64,000 bases of DNA from a virus (lineage: Duplodnaviria; Caudoviricetes), in IMG/VR virus record IMGVR_UViG_3300005336_000019, positions 1 through 64,000 of that record. One strand, 5' to 3'. The translations under genes were made by a program, and so were the position numbers. The notes under the pieces are model-generated. The model saw only the letters and a program-made list of their open reading frames with translations, was not told the DNA's origin and ran no database searches. How positions within the stretch are numbered: the first letter of the stretch is position 1; every line of letters starts with the position of its first letter. Of the stretch, positions 27,192-36,220 are shown one piece after another.

Positions 27192-27406
27192 TCTCGGCGG
27201 TCGGCGACTTCCTCGTGGAGCGGTTCCCCGGAGCGGGCCCGAACCGCCGGGTGGCACGCATCGTCAGCAGCCAGCCGGAGGAGGGGCGCCTTCGGGTGTC
27301 CCGGACCGTCCAGGCGGGAGGCCGTCGCTACACGGTGGCCTTCCACTTCCCTCCCGGCATCCGGCAGGGCCGGGCCATCGCCTGGCCGAGGGAGGCGGAG
27401 CGCTGA
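27188..27406 (+). CDS. hypothetical protein
   Basis: ATGA overlap. Confidence 0.65.
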   Translation: MISAVGDFLVERFPGAGPNRRVARIVSSQPEEGRLRVSRTVQAGGRRYTVAFHFPPGIRQGRAIAWPREAER

Positions 27407-27831
27407 TGAGCCTGCGCCAGGAAGCCGAAGCACTGTTCTTCGGAGTCGGAGTCCAGGAGCTGTACGGCCACTGGTCCTGGGCCGACCGGGGCTCGATGTT
27501 CATTCGGTTCGGCGAGTGGGAGCCGGGCCAGGCGCCCGACACCTGGGCCTACCGGGTTCACGCACCTCACCCGCTTGACAGTGATCGCCGGATCGACAAG
27601 GTGATCACGTACTCGGTGCTGTACACAGCAGCCGAGCTGATCGCCTACGAGAACGCCGACACCGAGAAGCCGTTCCACCCGCCGAGCGAAGAAACCGGTC
27701 GAGCCTGTTCCATGTGGGTCTTCAGCGACGAACTCGGCACGTTCGACCCTCACACTCTGGACCAGGTTCTCCAGGTTGCCGTGTTCGGCGGCGTGAAGTA
27801 CCCCCACTTCGAGCCCCGCAACCGGGGCTGA
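27406..27831 (+). CDS. hypothetical protein
   Basis: TGATG overlap. Confidence 0.8.
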   Translation: MSLRQEAEALFFGVGVQELYGHWSWADRGSMFIRFGEWEPGQAPDTWAYRVHAPHPLDSDRRIDKVITYSVLYTAAELIAYENADTEKPFHPPSEETGRACSMWVFSDELGTFDPHTLDQVLQVAVFGGVKYPHFEPRNRG

Positions 27832-27849
27832 CGGAAAGCGAGAAGAGAC

Positions 27850-28179
27850 GTGAAGCACGAGTTCGCCATCGACTACGCCGGGCTCACTCCGCAGCAGAAG
27901 CTCGTGATTCTGGAGGAGATGGGATTCAAGGAGATTCCGCCCTCCGAGCACGGCACGAACTGTCTGTCCCGGCAGGGCAGCGGCATCATCTGCGACTGTC
28001 TCCAGGGCGTGACGACCTGGGGCGCTCCGCAGGACGTGAAGAAGTACCTGGGCGAGACGCACGAGGAACGCGCCGAGTTTGCGGCCCGGCGCCAGCTCTA
28101 CCTGAACGAGGGCGAGGGTGAGAGCCCCGGATCCTGGATCTATCACCTGGAGAAGAACGCCCCCCGCTACTGGCACTGA
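27850..28179 (+). CDS. hypothetical protein
   Basis: Purine-rich RBS. Confidence 0.8.
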   Translation: MKHEFAIDYAGLTPQQKLVILEEMGFKEIPPSEHGTNCLSRQGSGIICDCLQGVTTWGAPQDVKKYLGETHEERAEFAARRQLYLNEGEGESPGSWIYHLEKNAPRYWH

Positions 28180-28194
28180 GGAACGGAGAAGAGC

Positions 28195-28497
28195 ATGGCG
28201 AAGATCGATGTGAACGAGGTCCAGGGCCTCTTCCGGGTCGGTCTGGCCACGGACCAGAAGGGCAACGAGGTCTACGTGCTGGAGATCCTGGGGATCCCGG
28301 TTCTGTACGCCGACGCCCACGAGTTCGAGGCGGGCCACCAGGACGCCGAGGACTGGCAGGAGACCTTCGAGACGCGACTGGCCCGGATGCTGGCCAAGGT
28401 GCTGACGGAGGGCTACGACCACGACTTCGTGAAGTGGCGCACCGAATCGCCGACCGGCCGTGACGTGTACCGCCTCGGCCCCTTCGGGGAGTCGTGA
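28195..28497 (+). CDS. hypothetical protein (tandem paralog 1)
   Basis: VLEILGIPV motif. Confidence 0.8.
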   Translation: MAKIDVNEVQGLFRVGLATDQKGNEVYVLEILGIPVLYADAHEFEAGHQDAEDWQETFETRLARMLAKVLTEGYDHDFVKWRTESPTGRDVYRLGPFGES

Positions 28498-28769
28498 TGG
28501 ACGCCATCCGGATCGGGAAGACCGAGGAGAACGGCCAGCCCCTGATCGTCGTCGAGCTGTTCGGTGTTCCGCTGGCCAGTTCGGTGCACAAGGTCGCCGA
28601 GTACGACGAGGACCCCGAAGGGTTCACGAAGTGGTGGCGGGAGTACTTCGCCCGTCAGATCGTCAGCATGCTGGCGGAGGAACTGCACCAGGAGCGCCGG
28701 GTCACCGGCTGGCTGATGGCCACGAGGCTGTCACCGAGGCCGCCCGGCCTGCCGGTGGAGGAGGCGTGA
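28494..28769 (+). CDS. hypothetical protein (tandem paralog 2)
   Basis: VVELFGVPL motif. Confidence 0.8.
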   Translation: MMDAIRIGKTEENGQPLIVVELFGVPLASSVHKVAEYDEDPEGFTKWWREYFARQIVSMLAEELHQERRVTGWLMATRLSPRPPGLPVEEA

Positions 28770-29050
28770 ACCCCGAACTGTTCAAGGCGGGAAGCGTCGA
28801 GCTGCCGAACGGCGGGTGCATCACCGTCGTGGAATTCATGGGGCATCCGATCGCCGAGGGCCCGGCCGAGGCCCTGGATGGCGAGGGTGCGGCCGAGAGG
28901 GTTCAGGAGGCTTTCTGTGCTGCTCTCGTCGCCGCCCTGTCCATGGTGATGGGGAGCGAGCAGTTCGGCCGGTACGCGCCCAGGGAGTGGACGTACTGGC
29001 ACCCGATGGCCCCGCCCCTGGCGAGGCTTCCGAAGGGAGAAGAGGGATGA
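28766..29050 (+). CDS. hypothetical protein (tandem paralog 3)
   Basis: VVEFMGHPI motif. Confidence 0.8.
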   Translation: MNPELFKAGSVELPNGGCITVVEFMGHPIAEGPAEALDGEGAAERVQEAFCAALVAALSMVMGSEQFGRYAPREWTYWHPMAPPLARLPKGEEG

Positions 29051-29295
29051 AGGGAATGGACGGGCAGCTCATGCGAGCCGTGGCCCGGCTCCACGACGAC
29101 GAGCTGGAAACCCGGCGCCGCTGGGCCCAGCACATCCGGGAGGAGTTCGGGAAGTACCACGACCACTCCGGCGGCGGCGAGTGCGGCGCCTGCGGGGCGA
29201 TCCAGGCGGCGAACTGGATGGACCCGGACTATGTCAAGGATGGCCCGCTGGCGGAGCCGTTCGGGACCTGGCGGGACCGTCACCCCAGCATGTGA
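29047..29295 (+). CDS. hypothetical protein
   Basis: ATGA overlap. Confidence 0.75.
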   Translation: MKGMDGQLMRAVARLHDDELETRRRWAQHIREEFGKYHDHSGGGECGACGAIQAANWMDPDYVKDGPLAEPFGTWRDRHPSM

Positions 29296-29296
29296 T

Positions 29297-29366
29297 CTGA
29301 CCAGAGGCCGAAACCGGGCAGCCAGCCCGGTCGTGCAGTGAGACTGCACCTGACGATGGCCGTCAG
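29297..29366 (+). ncRNA. type II hammerhead ribozyme HH3 (cleavage after GUC, 29332)
   Basis: GGCC-GAAA-CCGGGC/GCCCGG-UC-stem I GUGCAG/CUGCAC-CUGACGA-U-GGCC; outer stem CUGAC/GUCAG. Confidence 0.93.
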
Positions 29367-29382
29367 TGAGAGAGGAAGGGTG

Positions 29383-29577
29383 ATGGCGAAGCGACAGAAG
29401 ACGGTGGACTCGGTCTACGACTGGGCCGCCCGTCATGATGTACCGGCACCCGACGCCTTCGCGGTGAGCCACGTCGGGCTCGACGGTCACGACAGGCTTC
29501 TCAGGCTGGCCGCTGCGCGCTGGCGCCGCCTGGTGGCGACGAAGAAGACGGGCTTCCCGCTCATCGACGGGGACTGA
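29383..29577 (+). CDS. hypothetical protein
   Basis: RBS GAGGAAGG. Confidence 0.7.
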   Translation: MAKRQKTVDSVYDWAARHDVPAPDAFAVSHVGLDGHDRLLRLAAARWRRLVATKKTGFPLIDGD

Positions 29578-29637
29578 AGCAGCTCGGAAGGTGTCCGGAA
29601 GCCGGGCGAACTGATTCGGAAGGGACGAGGAAGAGGC

Positions 29638-30114
29638 ATGGAACTCACGGAACCGAAGCGTGGCGACAAGGTCGTCTACCAGGGACAGCTCCGCACGATC
29701 GAGGGGTTCGACGAGGATCACGGCACCCACCTGGGGATGGGCGCCTGGATCTCGATCAACGAGTACGAGAAGAACGGTGATGGTGTGTGGGTTCGCGCCG
29801 ATTCGCCCCGTACCTACCTGATCGGCGAGCCCTACGAGAACTACCGCTCCTCGCGCACGGGTGTCGCCGTGATCCGGCCCGCCGTCTACCAGAGGGGCAG
29901 CACGGAGAAGGTCATCACCACCTCCCCCTGCTGCACCCTGAACGTCCGGCACCTCAACTACGCGGACGTCAACTCCGACCTGGCCAAGAGGACCGGCGGC
30001 TGGAGCGAGACGTGCACGCAGTGCGGCTGGCACTACGCGGTCTCCCTCGTCTCCCAGACCAACGACCCCCGCCTCGGCCTGTACGGCGTGCGCTGGGAGT
30101 CCAAGGGGTTCTGA
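29638..30114 (+). CDS. hypothetical protein
   Basis: RBS GAGGAAGAGG. Confidence 0.8.
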   Translation: MELTEPKRGDKVVYQGQLRTIEGFDEDHGTHLGMGAWISINEYEKNGDGVWVRADSPRTYLIGEPYENYRSSRTGVAVIRPAVYQRGSTEKVITTSPCCTLNVRHLNYADVNSDLAKRTGGWSETCTQCGWHYAVSLVSQTNDPRLGLYGVRWESKGF

Positions 30115-30129
30115 AAGGGTCGAATCAAC

Positions 30130-30663
30130 ATGAATCAGGCACAACAGCAGGAAGCGGAGATCTTCGACGTTGACGGCACCCTGTGCGACGTCAGCAGCGT
30201 GCGCCACTACGTCACTCCTCCGAACCGCGACTTCCACTCCTTCCACATGGCTTCCGCCTTCTGCCCGCCACACCCCGAGGTAGTCGAGCGGGTGCACGAG
30301 GCCAAGGCGAAAGGCCGGGCCGTCCTCGTAGTGACCGCCCGCATGGCCCGGTACCGGACCCTCACCCGGAAGTGGCTGGAGAGCTGCCAGATCCCGTTCG
30401 ACAGCATCTGGACGCGGGCGAACGACGACTTCCGCAAGGACGCGATCGTGAAGCGGGAGATCCTGGCGAAGATCCGGGCCAACGGGTTCGTCGTGATGAA
30501 GGCGCACGACGACAACCCGGCCGTGGTCGAGGTCTGGGAGGACGAGGGGATCGAGACCAAGATCGTGCCCGGCTGGGACGATCAGTTCACTGGCCTCCTG
30601 CTGCCGCAGGACGGCTTGACCGTGGTCAGGGAGTCTGACCGCATCGGAAAGGGAGAGAAGTGA
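30130..30663 (+). CDS. HAD phosphatase resembling the T4 PNK 3'-phosphatase domain
   Basis: FDVDGTL, VTAR, D.RKD..VK, DDNP.VV..W motifs. Confidence 0.85.
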   Translation: MNQAQQQEAEIFDVDGTLCDVSSVRHYVTPPNRDFHSFHMASAFCPPHPEVVERVHEAKAKGRAVLVVTARMARYRTLTRKWLESCQIPFDSIWTRANDDFRKDAIVKREILAKIRANGFVVMKAHDDNPAVVEVWEDEGIETKIVPGWDDQFTGLLLPQDGLTVVRESDRIGKGEK

Positions 30664-30926
30664 CCATCAAGATCAAGCCGCTGGGCAAGCGGCCCGACTA
30701 CTTCGACGGCGAGTTCGAGGCGACCGAGATCCGCCACGAGCCCTACGACTGGGACGTCTGGCCGACCGGCCCCGTCTTCCCAGAGGGGCACATCTTCCAG
30801 GACAAGGACGGCAACGCCTACGAGATCGTCGTCCCCCGTACCGTCCAGGAGTCCAGGCCCGCCCACTCCGTCCGGTACGTCCACGTCTACCTGTGCCGCC
30901 CGGCCGACCCGAAGGACGCCGTCTGA
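30660..30926 (+). CDS. hypothetical protein
   Basis: GTGA overlap. Confidence 0.75.
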   Translation: MTIKIKPLGKRPDYFDGEFEATEIRHEPYDWDVWPTGPVFPEGHIFQDKDGNAYEIVVPRTVQESRPAHSVRYVHVYLCRPADPKDAV

Positions 30927-31417
30927 TGCTCTCCGTCACCGACGTGCTGACCCTCATGGCCGAGGGCAAGCCGCTCCCGCAGCAGGAGTTCCCCGACATC
31001 ACCCAGGAGCAGATCGACGACCTCCAGGAGTTCGAACCCGCCCTGCTGAACCGGCTGATCGAGTCGGAGCAGGGCGGCGAGGAGTCCGTCGATACCGTCC
31101 TGGCCGAACTCCAGCAGAAGGTGGACCAGCACGGCTGGTACCCGGTGGTCGCCACTCTCTGCTGGCAGTTCGCGCACCGGTACCACGAGGACATGGTGCC
31201 GGTGAACCTCCAGCTCTCCGACGGCACGGTGGGACTGCTGAAGATGCTCCCCATCGCCAGCCGGGCAGAGGAGAAGGACGAGGGTGCCTGGACGATTCCG
31301 TTCGCCATGCTGGCCAGCCTGGGCGAGGAGGAGGCTCTGGCGTTCACCGTCGGCGCCGCCATGTGCGCGGCCGTCGGATTCATCCAGTCCACCCTGGAAG
31401 AGGAGGCCCGAGGGTGA
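30926..31417 (+). CDS. hypothetical protein
   Basis: TGATG overlap. Confidence 0.8.
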   Translation: MLSVTDVLTLMAEGKPLPQQEFPDITQEQIDDLQEFEPALLNRLIESEQGGEESVDTVLAELQQKVDQHGWYPVVATLCWQFAHRYHEDMVPVNLQLSDGTVGLLKMLPIASRAEEKDEGAWTIPFAMLASLGEEEALAFTVGAAMCAAVGFIQSTLEEEARG

Positions 31418-31839
31418 GCACCGACGACATCTACCTCTGCCCGACCTGCGGAAAGCCGTTCGACAAGAGCGACCGGCTCTTCGATTTCGCCATCGCGGCG
31501 CACGAGAAGGACCACACGCCGCAGCGGAACAACCCGGCGAACATGATCCGCTGGAACGAGGACGGCCTGATGTGGTGCTGCGTCCTGTGCGGTGCACCGA
31601 TGCACATCGGCGAGTACACAGCCCGCCAGATGATCATCGGTCACTGCCGGGTGGTGCACGACTCCGTGACCGCAGGCTCTTCTTCCGCCCCCGTTACGGC
31701 CGGGGGCGGCCGGAGTTCCAGCGGCTCGCGCGGGTTCGGCGAGGCGGTCGGCGACATCGTCGAGGACTGCGCCGAGGGAATCGGCAAGGTCTTCAAGGCC
31801 ATCGGGGAAGCTGTCGGCGACGCCTTCTCCGGCAACTAG
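31414..31839 (+). CDS. C2H2-type zinc-finger hypothetical protein
   Basis: CPTCGKPF...H...H and CVLC...H...H. Confidence 0.75.
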   Translation: MSTDDIYLCPTCGKPFDKSDRLFDFAIAAHEKDHTPQRNNPANMIRWNEDGLMWCCVLCGAPMHIGEYTARQMIIGHCRVVHDSVTAGSSSAPVTAGGGRSSSGSRGFGEAVGDIVEDCAEGIGKVFKAIGEAVGDAFSGN

Positions 31840-31939
31840 CCGGAGAACATCCGGATGGCGGCCGTCTCGACCATCGTCTTGACGGCCGCCACCTCGATCG
31901 TGTTCTATGTAGTCACACACCCGGAAAGGTGAGAGAAAA

Positions 31940-33052
31940 GTGGCGCGAGAAGAGAACCTTTCGACCATCGAGAGGATGCTGGGATTCGAGTTCGTCTCGG
32001 ACCCCCGCAAGGCGCGGTTCCCGATCCCGGAGACGCCGCAGGAGTACCTGAAGAAGAACCCCGAGCGGCCCTACCCGCACCCGTCCATGAAGATCACCCC
32101 CGAGATGGCGCGCGACGTCCTCAAGTACCGGGTGATCCGCGTCGAGCGGATGCCGCGCGAGCTGCGTCACCCCGAGGTCACGGCCAACCGCCGCTTCCTC
32201 ATCACGACGCTCAACGGCACCAAGAAGAACAAGGGCCTCGTCTCCATCGTTGCCGACGGCGGCTGGGACGACCGGATCTCCACCTCCGTGGTCTTCACGG
32301 AGGACGGCTTCCTGCTCGACGGCCAGCACCGGTTCGCCGCCTGCGCCCTGTCGGGCAAGACGATCGAGGTCCCGGTCACCACGAACGGCCAGTGGGGCAC
32401 CTTCTCCGTGCTCGACACGGGCCGTGGCCGCAACGCCGGTCAGCTCCTCGGTGACATCCCCTACCCGGACCAGTCGGCCGCCGCCGCCAAGCTCATCCTC
32501 CCGGTCATCCGGGGCACCGAGCGCACCGAGTGGACCGTCGCCGACGCCAGCAACCAGGAGATCTACGAGCTGGTCCACGGCTGGCCCTTCTTCCACGAGA
32601 CGTGGGAGGGCTCCGGCTCCTGGATGAAGCACGTGCTCCAGGCGGCGGCCAGCCGGATCCCGCCGAGCGCCCTGGCGGCCTCCGTCATGATGGCGCTGGC
32701 GGCCGGTGCGAACGCCTCGCACGTCCAGGAGTTCCTGAACGGCCTGAAGCCGGGCTACCGCGACGGCTTCCCCCGGATCGGGCCCAAGGGCGAGGACCCG
32801 CGTCACCTGCTGCGCCGCCAGTACATGAACAAGGGCAACCGGAAGCCCACCGACAAGGACCGCCGCGACCAGGTCAGTCACGTCCGCAAGGCGATGGACG
32901 TCTGGCTGGAGTGGAGGGCCCACGAGGAGGGTGACCCGAAGGCGAAGGTCGTCGAGCTGCTGAAGCTCCAGGCCGCCGCCGAGAACGCCGACCTGCCCGA
33001 GGTCTGGCACGCCGACGCCGTTCGTCAGTTCCACAGCGAGAGGGTTTCCTGA
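31940..33052 (+). CDS. DGQHR / ParB-like N-terminal domain protein
   Basis: LLDGQHRFAA and DTGRGR motifs. Confidence 0.75.
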   Translation: MAREENLSTIERMLGFEFVSDPRKARFPIPETPQEYLKKNPERPYPHPSMKITPEMARDVLKYRVIRVERMPRELRHPEVTANRRFLITTLNGTKKNKGLVSIVADGGWDDRISTSVVFTEDGFLLDGQHRFAACALSGKTIEVPVTTNGQWGTFSVLDTGRGRNAGQLLGDIPYPDQSAAAAKLILPVIRGTERTEWTVADASNQEIYELVHGWPFFHETWEGSGSWMKHVLQAAASRIPPSALAASVMMALAAGANASHVQEFLNGLKPGYRDGFPRIGPKGEDPRHLLRRQYMNKGNRKPTDKDRRDQVSHVRKAMDVWLEWRAHEEGDPKAKVVELLKLQAAAENADLPEVWHADAVRQFHSERVS

Positions 33053-33054
33053 AC

Positions 33055-33465
33055 ATGGCCGAGATCTGGCTGCGTCCCGAGTTCCAGGGGCGCGAGAAGG
33101 AGCTGGAGACCCGGGTCGACTTCGAGCGGCGTACGGGCATCTCCGCCCAGTCCCTGTCCTCCAAGTTCTCCAACTACGCCGACCGGCTGCCGAAGCTGGT
33201 CAAGCGCAACGGCAAGCTGAAGTACTTCGTCGCCGTCGAACTCGACGAGTTCGTGGGCTGGATCGAGGCTCACGCGGGCACCCGCTCCGAGGCTGACGTC
33301 CGCCGTGCCGAACTGGCCCGGGTCCAGAACGCGATCGAGGACACGATGGAGCGGGTCGCCGACCGGCAGCGCGACCTCGACAAGGCGAAGCGCGACCTGG
33401 CCAAGTACCAGCGCCAGGCGAAGACCCTGAAGTCCGACATCGAGTTCCTGGACCAGGTCGAGTAA
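33055..33465 (+). CDS. AlpA/excisionase-like wHTH plus coiled-coil protein
   Basis: FERRTGISAQSL...KYF...ELDEF; C-terminal heptads. Confidence 0.6.
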   Translation: MAEIWLRPEFQGREKELETRVDFERRTGISAQSLSSKFSNYADRLPKLVKRNGKLKYFVAVELDEFVGWIEAHAGTRSEADVRRAELARVQNAIEDTMERVADRQRDLDKAKRDLAKYQRQAKTLKSDIEFLDQVE

Positions 33466-33507
33466 CACCGCAGAATCCGGCCGCTTTTCGGTGGCTGGCG
33501 AGCAGCG

Positions 33508-33534
33508 AGAGAGGGCCCTCCGGGGCCCTCTTTT
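33508..33534 (+). terminator. intrinsic terminator
   Basis: AGAGGGCCC-TCCG-GGGCCCTCT-TTT. Confidence 0.75.
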
Positions 33535-33569
33535 CGTGGTACCGTATTGCTCAAGGGAAGGAGAATACC

Positions 33570-33770
33570 GTGGAGTTCACGGTCGAGGTATTCGACTACG
33601 GACGGTATGGCTGCACGGTGAAGGAGCCCCGCACGGGGCTCTCTGGTGAGGGTGACACCAAGGAAGAAGCGATGGACGATCTCCGGAGGAAACTCTGGAG
33701 CCACATCGAGTACGACTTCGTCCCGCCCGAAGAGGGTCCGACCCGCAGCATCGAGAAGATCACCATCTGA
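33570..33770 (+). CDS. stand-alone HicB-like protein
   Basis: GLSGEGDTKEEAMDDLR motif; no adjacent HicA. Confidence 0.6.
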   Translation: MEFTVEVFDYGRYGCTVKEPRTGLSGEGDTKEEAMDDLRRKLWSHIEYDFVPPEEGPTRSIEKITI

Positions 33771-33781
33771 AGGAGACCGTC

Positions 33782-34069
33782 GTGTACACCCTGGTCAGGC
33801 ACAACCTCTGGACGATCGAGTGCTTCCCCCGCTTCCGGCGGGGGCTGGAGCCGCTGCTCATCAGTCCGATGACAGCACGGCGTGTGCGCGAGGAGGGCGG
33901 GGTCCTCTTCTCCACTCCGGAGGAGGCATGGGACGCGGCTGAGGGGTTCATGTACCCGGCCGGGGACACGACGGTTCCGGCCAATCCGGTCGGATCTTTC
34001 AAGGACATCTTCTTCCTGCGCCAGCCGCTTTTCGTTCCGGAATTTTCCGGCGATCTCATCGCGGCATAG
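33782..34069 (+). CDS. hypothetical protein
   Basis: RBS AAGGAG. Confidence 0.75.
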   Translation: MYTLVRHNLWTIECFPRFRRGLEPLLISPMTARRVREEGGVLFSTPEEAWDAAEGFMYPAGDTTVPANPVGSFKDIFFLRQPLFVPEFSGDLIAA

Positions 34070-34137
34070 GCTGGGTGCAGGTGCAGGTCAACGCGGGTAA
34101 CATCCTGCACTGTTTCCGGCAGTGAGGGAGTTGAGCA

Positions 34138-34608
34138 ATGGCACGCGTTCACGGTGTGTATCTGAGGAAGCCTCCGAAGGGTCCATCGTCCTACACCTCG
34201 AAGGAAGCGGCACTGGCCGCTTCGCCCACCCTGGTCGTGCCGGATGCGGCCTTCCCGAAGAACAAGGTCGAGTCGGTCAGGAACGCGGCCTTCCGGGTGA
34301 ACTCGGGAGGCCGTGGCGACTGGTCGCCGGGGCAGTTCTTCGCGATCTGGGACTACGCACAGGATGTCGTCCTGCGCGTACGCCGGGACGAGGACGGTGA
34401 CGGCCCGGTCGAGGTCATCGGCTTCGTCAAGGAGGGCGAGGTCATCGGGAGCACCGGGGAATCCGTCGGCTCCCTGGAGGCGGTCCTGAAGGAAGAGGAC
34501 GTCGAGACCGGCGGGTGGGTGCTGCTGATCGGCATCCACCCGAACGTGCCCGAGGGCTGGGAAGAAGTGGTGAGCGCTCCGGGCAGCCGGAAGCGCAAGA
34601 AGAGCTGA
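34138..34608 (+). CDS. hypothetical protein
   Basis: RBS GAGGGAG. Confidence 0.8.
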   Translation: MARVHGVYLRKPPKGPSSYTSKEAALAASPTLVVPDAAFPKNKVESVRNAAFRVNSGGRGDWSPGQFFAIWDYAQDVVLRVRRDEDGDGPVEVIGFVKEGEVIGSTGESVGSLEAVLKEEDVETGGWVLLIGIHPNVPEGWEEVVSAPGSRKRKKS

Positions 34609-34650
34609 AGGGCGGGGCCTCGCACGGCCCCGCCACGGAAGGGAGACAGG

Positions 34651-34815
34651 GTGGAAACGCGCGTCGTGATCAGGGACAACCTGACCGAGAAGACGATCGA
34701 GCTGATCGCGGATCTCAGCCCCGAGGATGTCGGGCTGATCAACGGAATCGGCGAGCGGGTGGCGCAGGGAACCGGCTGGGATGTGACGGTCCTGGCGGTT
34801 GAGGCGGAGAAGTGA
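34651..34815 (+). CDS. small hypothetical protein (54 aa)
   Basis: RBS CGGAAGGGAGA; GTGA overlap with the next gene. Confidence 0.7.
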   Translation: METRVVIRDNLTEKTIELIADLSPEDVGLINGIGERVAQGTGWDVTVLAVEAEK

Positions 34816-35321
34816 GCCTCGATCCTCACGAGCTGGGATGGCACGAGTTCTGGCTGAGGATCGGGGTGATCTTCTTCATTCTGCTGCTCCTGCTGCTGGC
34901 CGTTCTGGTCGTGGGCCGGATCCTGCTGACCGCCTATGACCTGGCCCACTGGGTGAAGAGGAAGATCCACGGGGAGGAAGAAGAGATGTCGCCTGTGCGC
35001 ATGCACCGAGCCCTGCTGAGCCTGATCCCGGTCTCGCGCCGGAACCAGGCGGAGAAGCTGCTGAGGGGGCTCCTGGCGGCCGACGAGAGCGGTCGTGAGG
35101 TGTTCGTTGCGGAGTACGACGGCCAGCCCGCCAGCGTCCACGTGAGCGCCGAGGCGGCGATGTCCGCCTGCGCCCGGCACCTGTCGGCCGAGCCCGGTCC
35201 GGATGTCCCGTGGGACTGGTTCGAGGACGAGTACGGCTGGGTGATGCGGCGGATCGATCTCGACACCGACAAGCCGCTCAGCCTGCTGGGCGGCAAGGTG
35301 ACCCGGACTGAGGTCGAGTGA
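34812..35321 (+). CDS. membrane protein
   Basis: N-terminal TM helix IGVIFFILLLLLLAVLVVG. Confidence 0.75.
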   Translation: MSLDPHELGWHEFWLRIGVIFFILLLLLLAVLVVGRILLTAYDLAHWVKRKIHGEEEEMSPVRMHRALLSLIPVSRRNQAEKLLRGLLAADESGREVFVAEYDGQPASVHVSAEAAMSACARHLSAEPGPDVPWDWFEDEYGWVMRRIDLDTDKPLSLLGGKVTRTEVE

Positions 35322-35403
35322 GGGAAGTTCTGAGCTAGGCATGAGGTTCAACTTCGCCTCATCGCAGTAGAGTTGAAGAACGCCAACGGGAAGAGAGAAG
35401 AAC

Positions 35404-35738
35404 GTGAACGGCATGAAGAAGATCGCCACGGTCACCGGCTCGGCAGCCCTTGCCCTGGCCCTGCTGACGGGCTGCGGCTCCAACGACAAGCGCGACGTCG
35501 AGGGCGTGAAGTCGATGGACCCCGACTACATCGAGGTCTACAACAACACCGACGGCCGCCCGAACGTGGTCCTGCTCTGCATCCGGGGCGTCGGCTTCGC
35601 GTCGGCTTCGCCTCGACCACGCGCGACTACACGTCCCTCATGCCCATCGAGAAGTGGGACGACTTCTGCAAGACGAAGATGAAGGAGCGTTCGGTCCAGG
35701 ACGACCAGCGCGGCGAGAACGGCAACGGCCCGAGCTGA
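35404..35738 (+). pseudogene. lipoprotein frameshifted by an 11-bp tandem duplication
   Basis: Lipobox LLTGC; GCGTCGGCTTC x2 at 35588-35609; removing one copy joins the two frames. Confidence 0.75.
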
Positions 35739-35755
35739 CCGGCCAGCAGGCACTG

Positions 35756-35788
35756 AGAAGGGGCGTCCCGCAAGGGGCGCCCCTTCTC
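35756..35788. terminator. bidirectional terminator hairpin
   Basis: GAGAAGGGGCGTCCC-GCAA-GGGGCGCCCCTTCTC between convergent genes. Confidence 0.75.
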
Positions 35789-35804
35789 TGCGTTCCGGCT
35801 CCGC

Positions 35805-36095
35805 TCAGACGCCGTGCACCGACAGGCCGGGAACCCAGAACCGGGTGTCCCCCGTCTCGGTGTGCTGGAGCTGCACACGATCGGCCAGCATCAGCAGGTC
35901 GTCCGCGTGCCGGTACTGCACGGCCAGCGCCACCAGGAAGGCGCTGTACTCCCGGACGTCGGCCTCCAGGTAGAGGCAGTCCGCCCCGTTGTCGGGGTGC
36001 GGCCCCCGCTTCAGCCCGCGCCACGTCAGGTTGGCGAAGGTCAGGGCGCGGCCGACTGCATCCCGGCTGAGGCTTATCCGCGTATCCGAGTCCAC
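35805..36095 (-). CDS. hypothetical protein
   Basis: RBS GAGGGGG; upstream -10 TAGAAT. Confidence 0.75.
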   Translation of the reverse strand: MDSDTRISLSRDAVGRALTFANLTWRGLKRGPHPDNGADCLYLEADVREYSAFLVALAVQYRHADDLLMLADRVQLQHTETGDTRFWVPGLSVHGV

Positions 36096-36220
36096 TTTTT
36101 ACCCCCTCGTTTCTCCTCTTTTCCTGCCTGTATTCTACCCCTATCCCCTGGTCAGAGCGATAGAAGAGGTTCAAGTTGCAACCGCTGAACGTGGTGGAGC
36201 AGGAGTTCGAAGGGGCTGCG

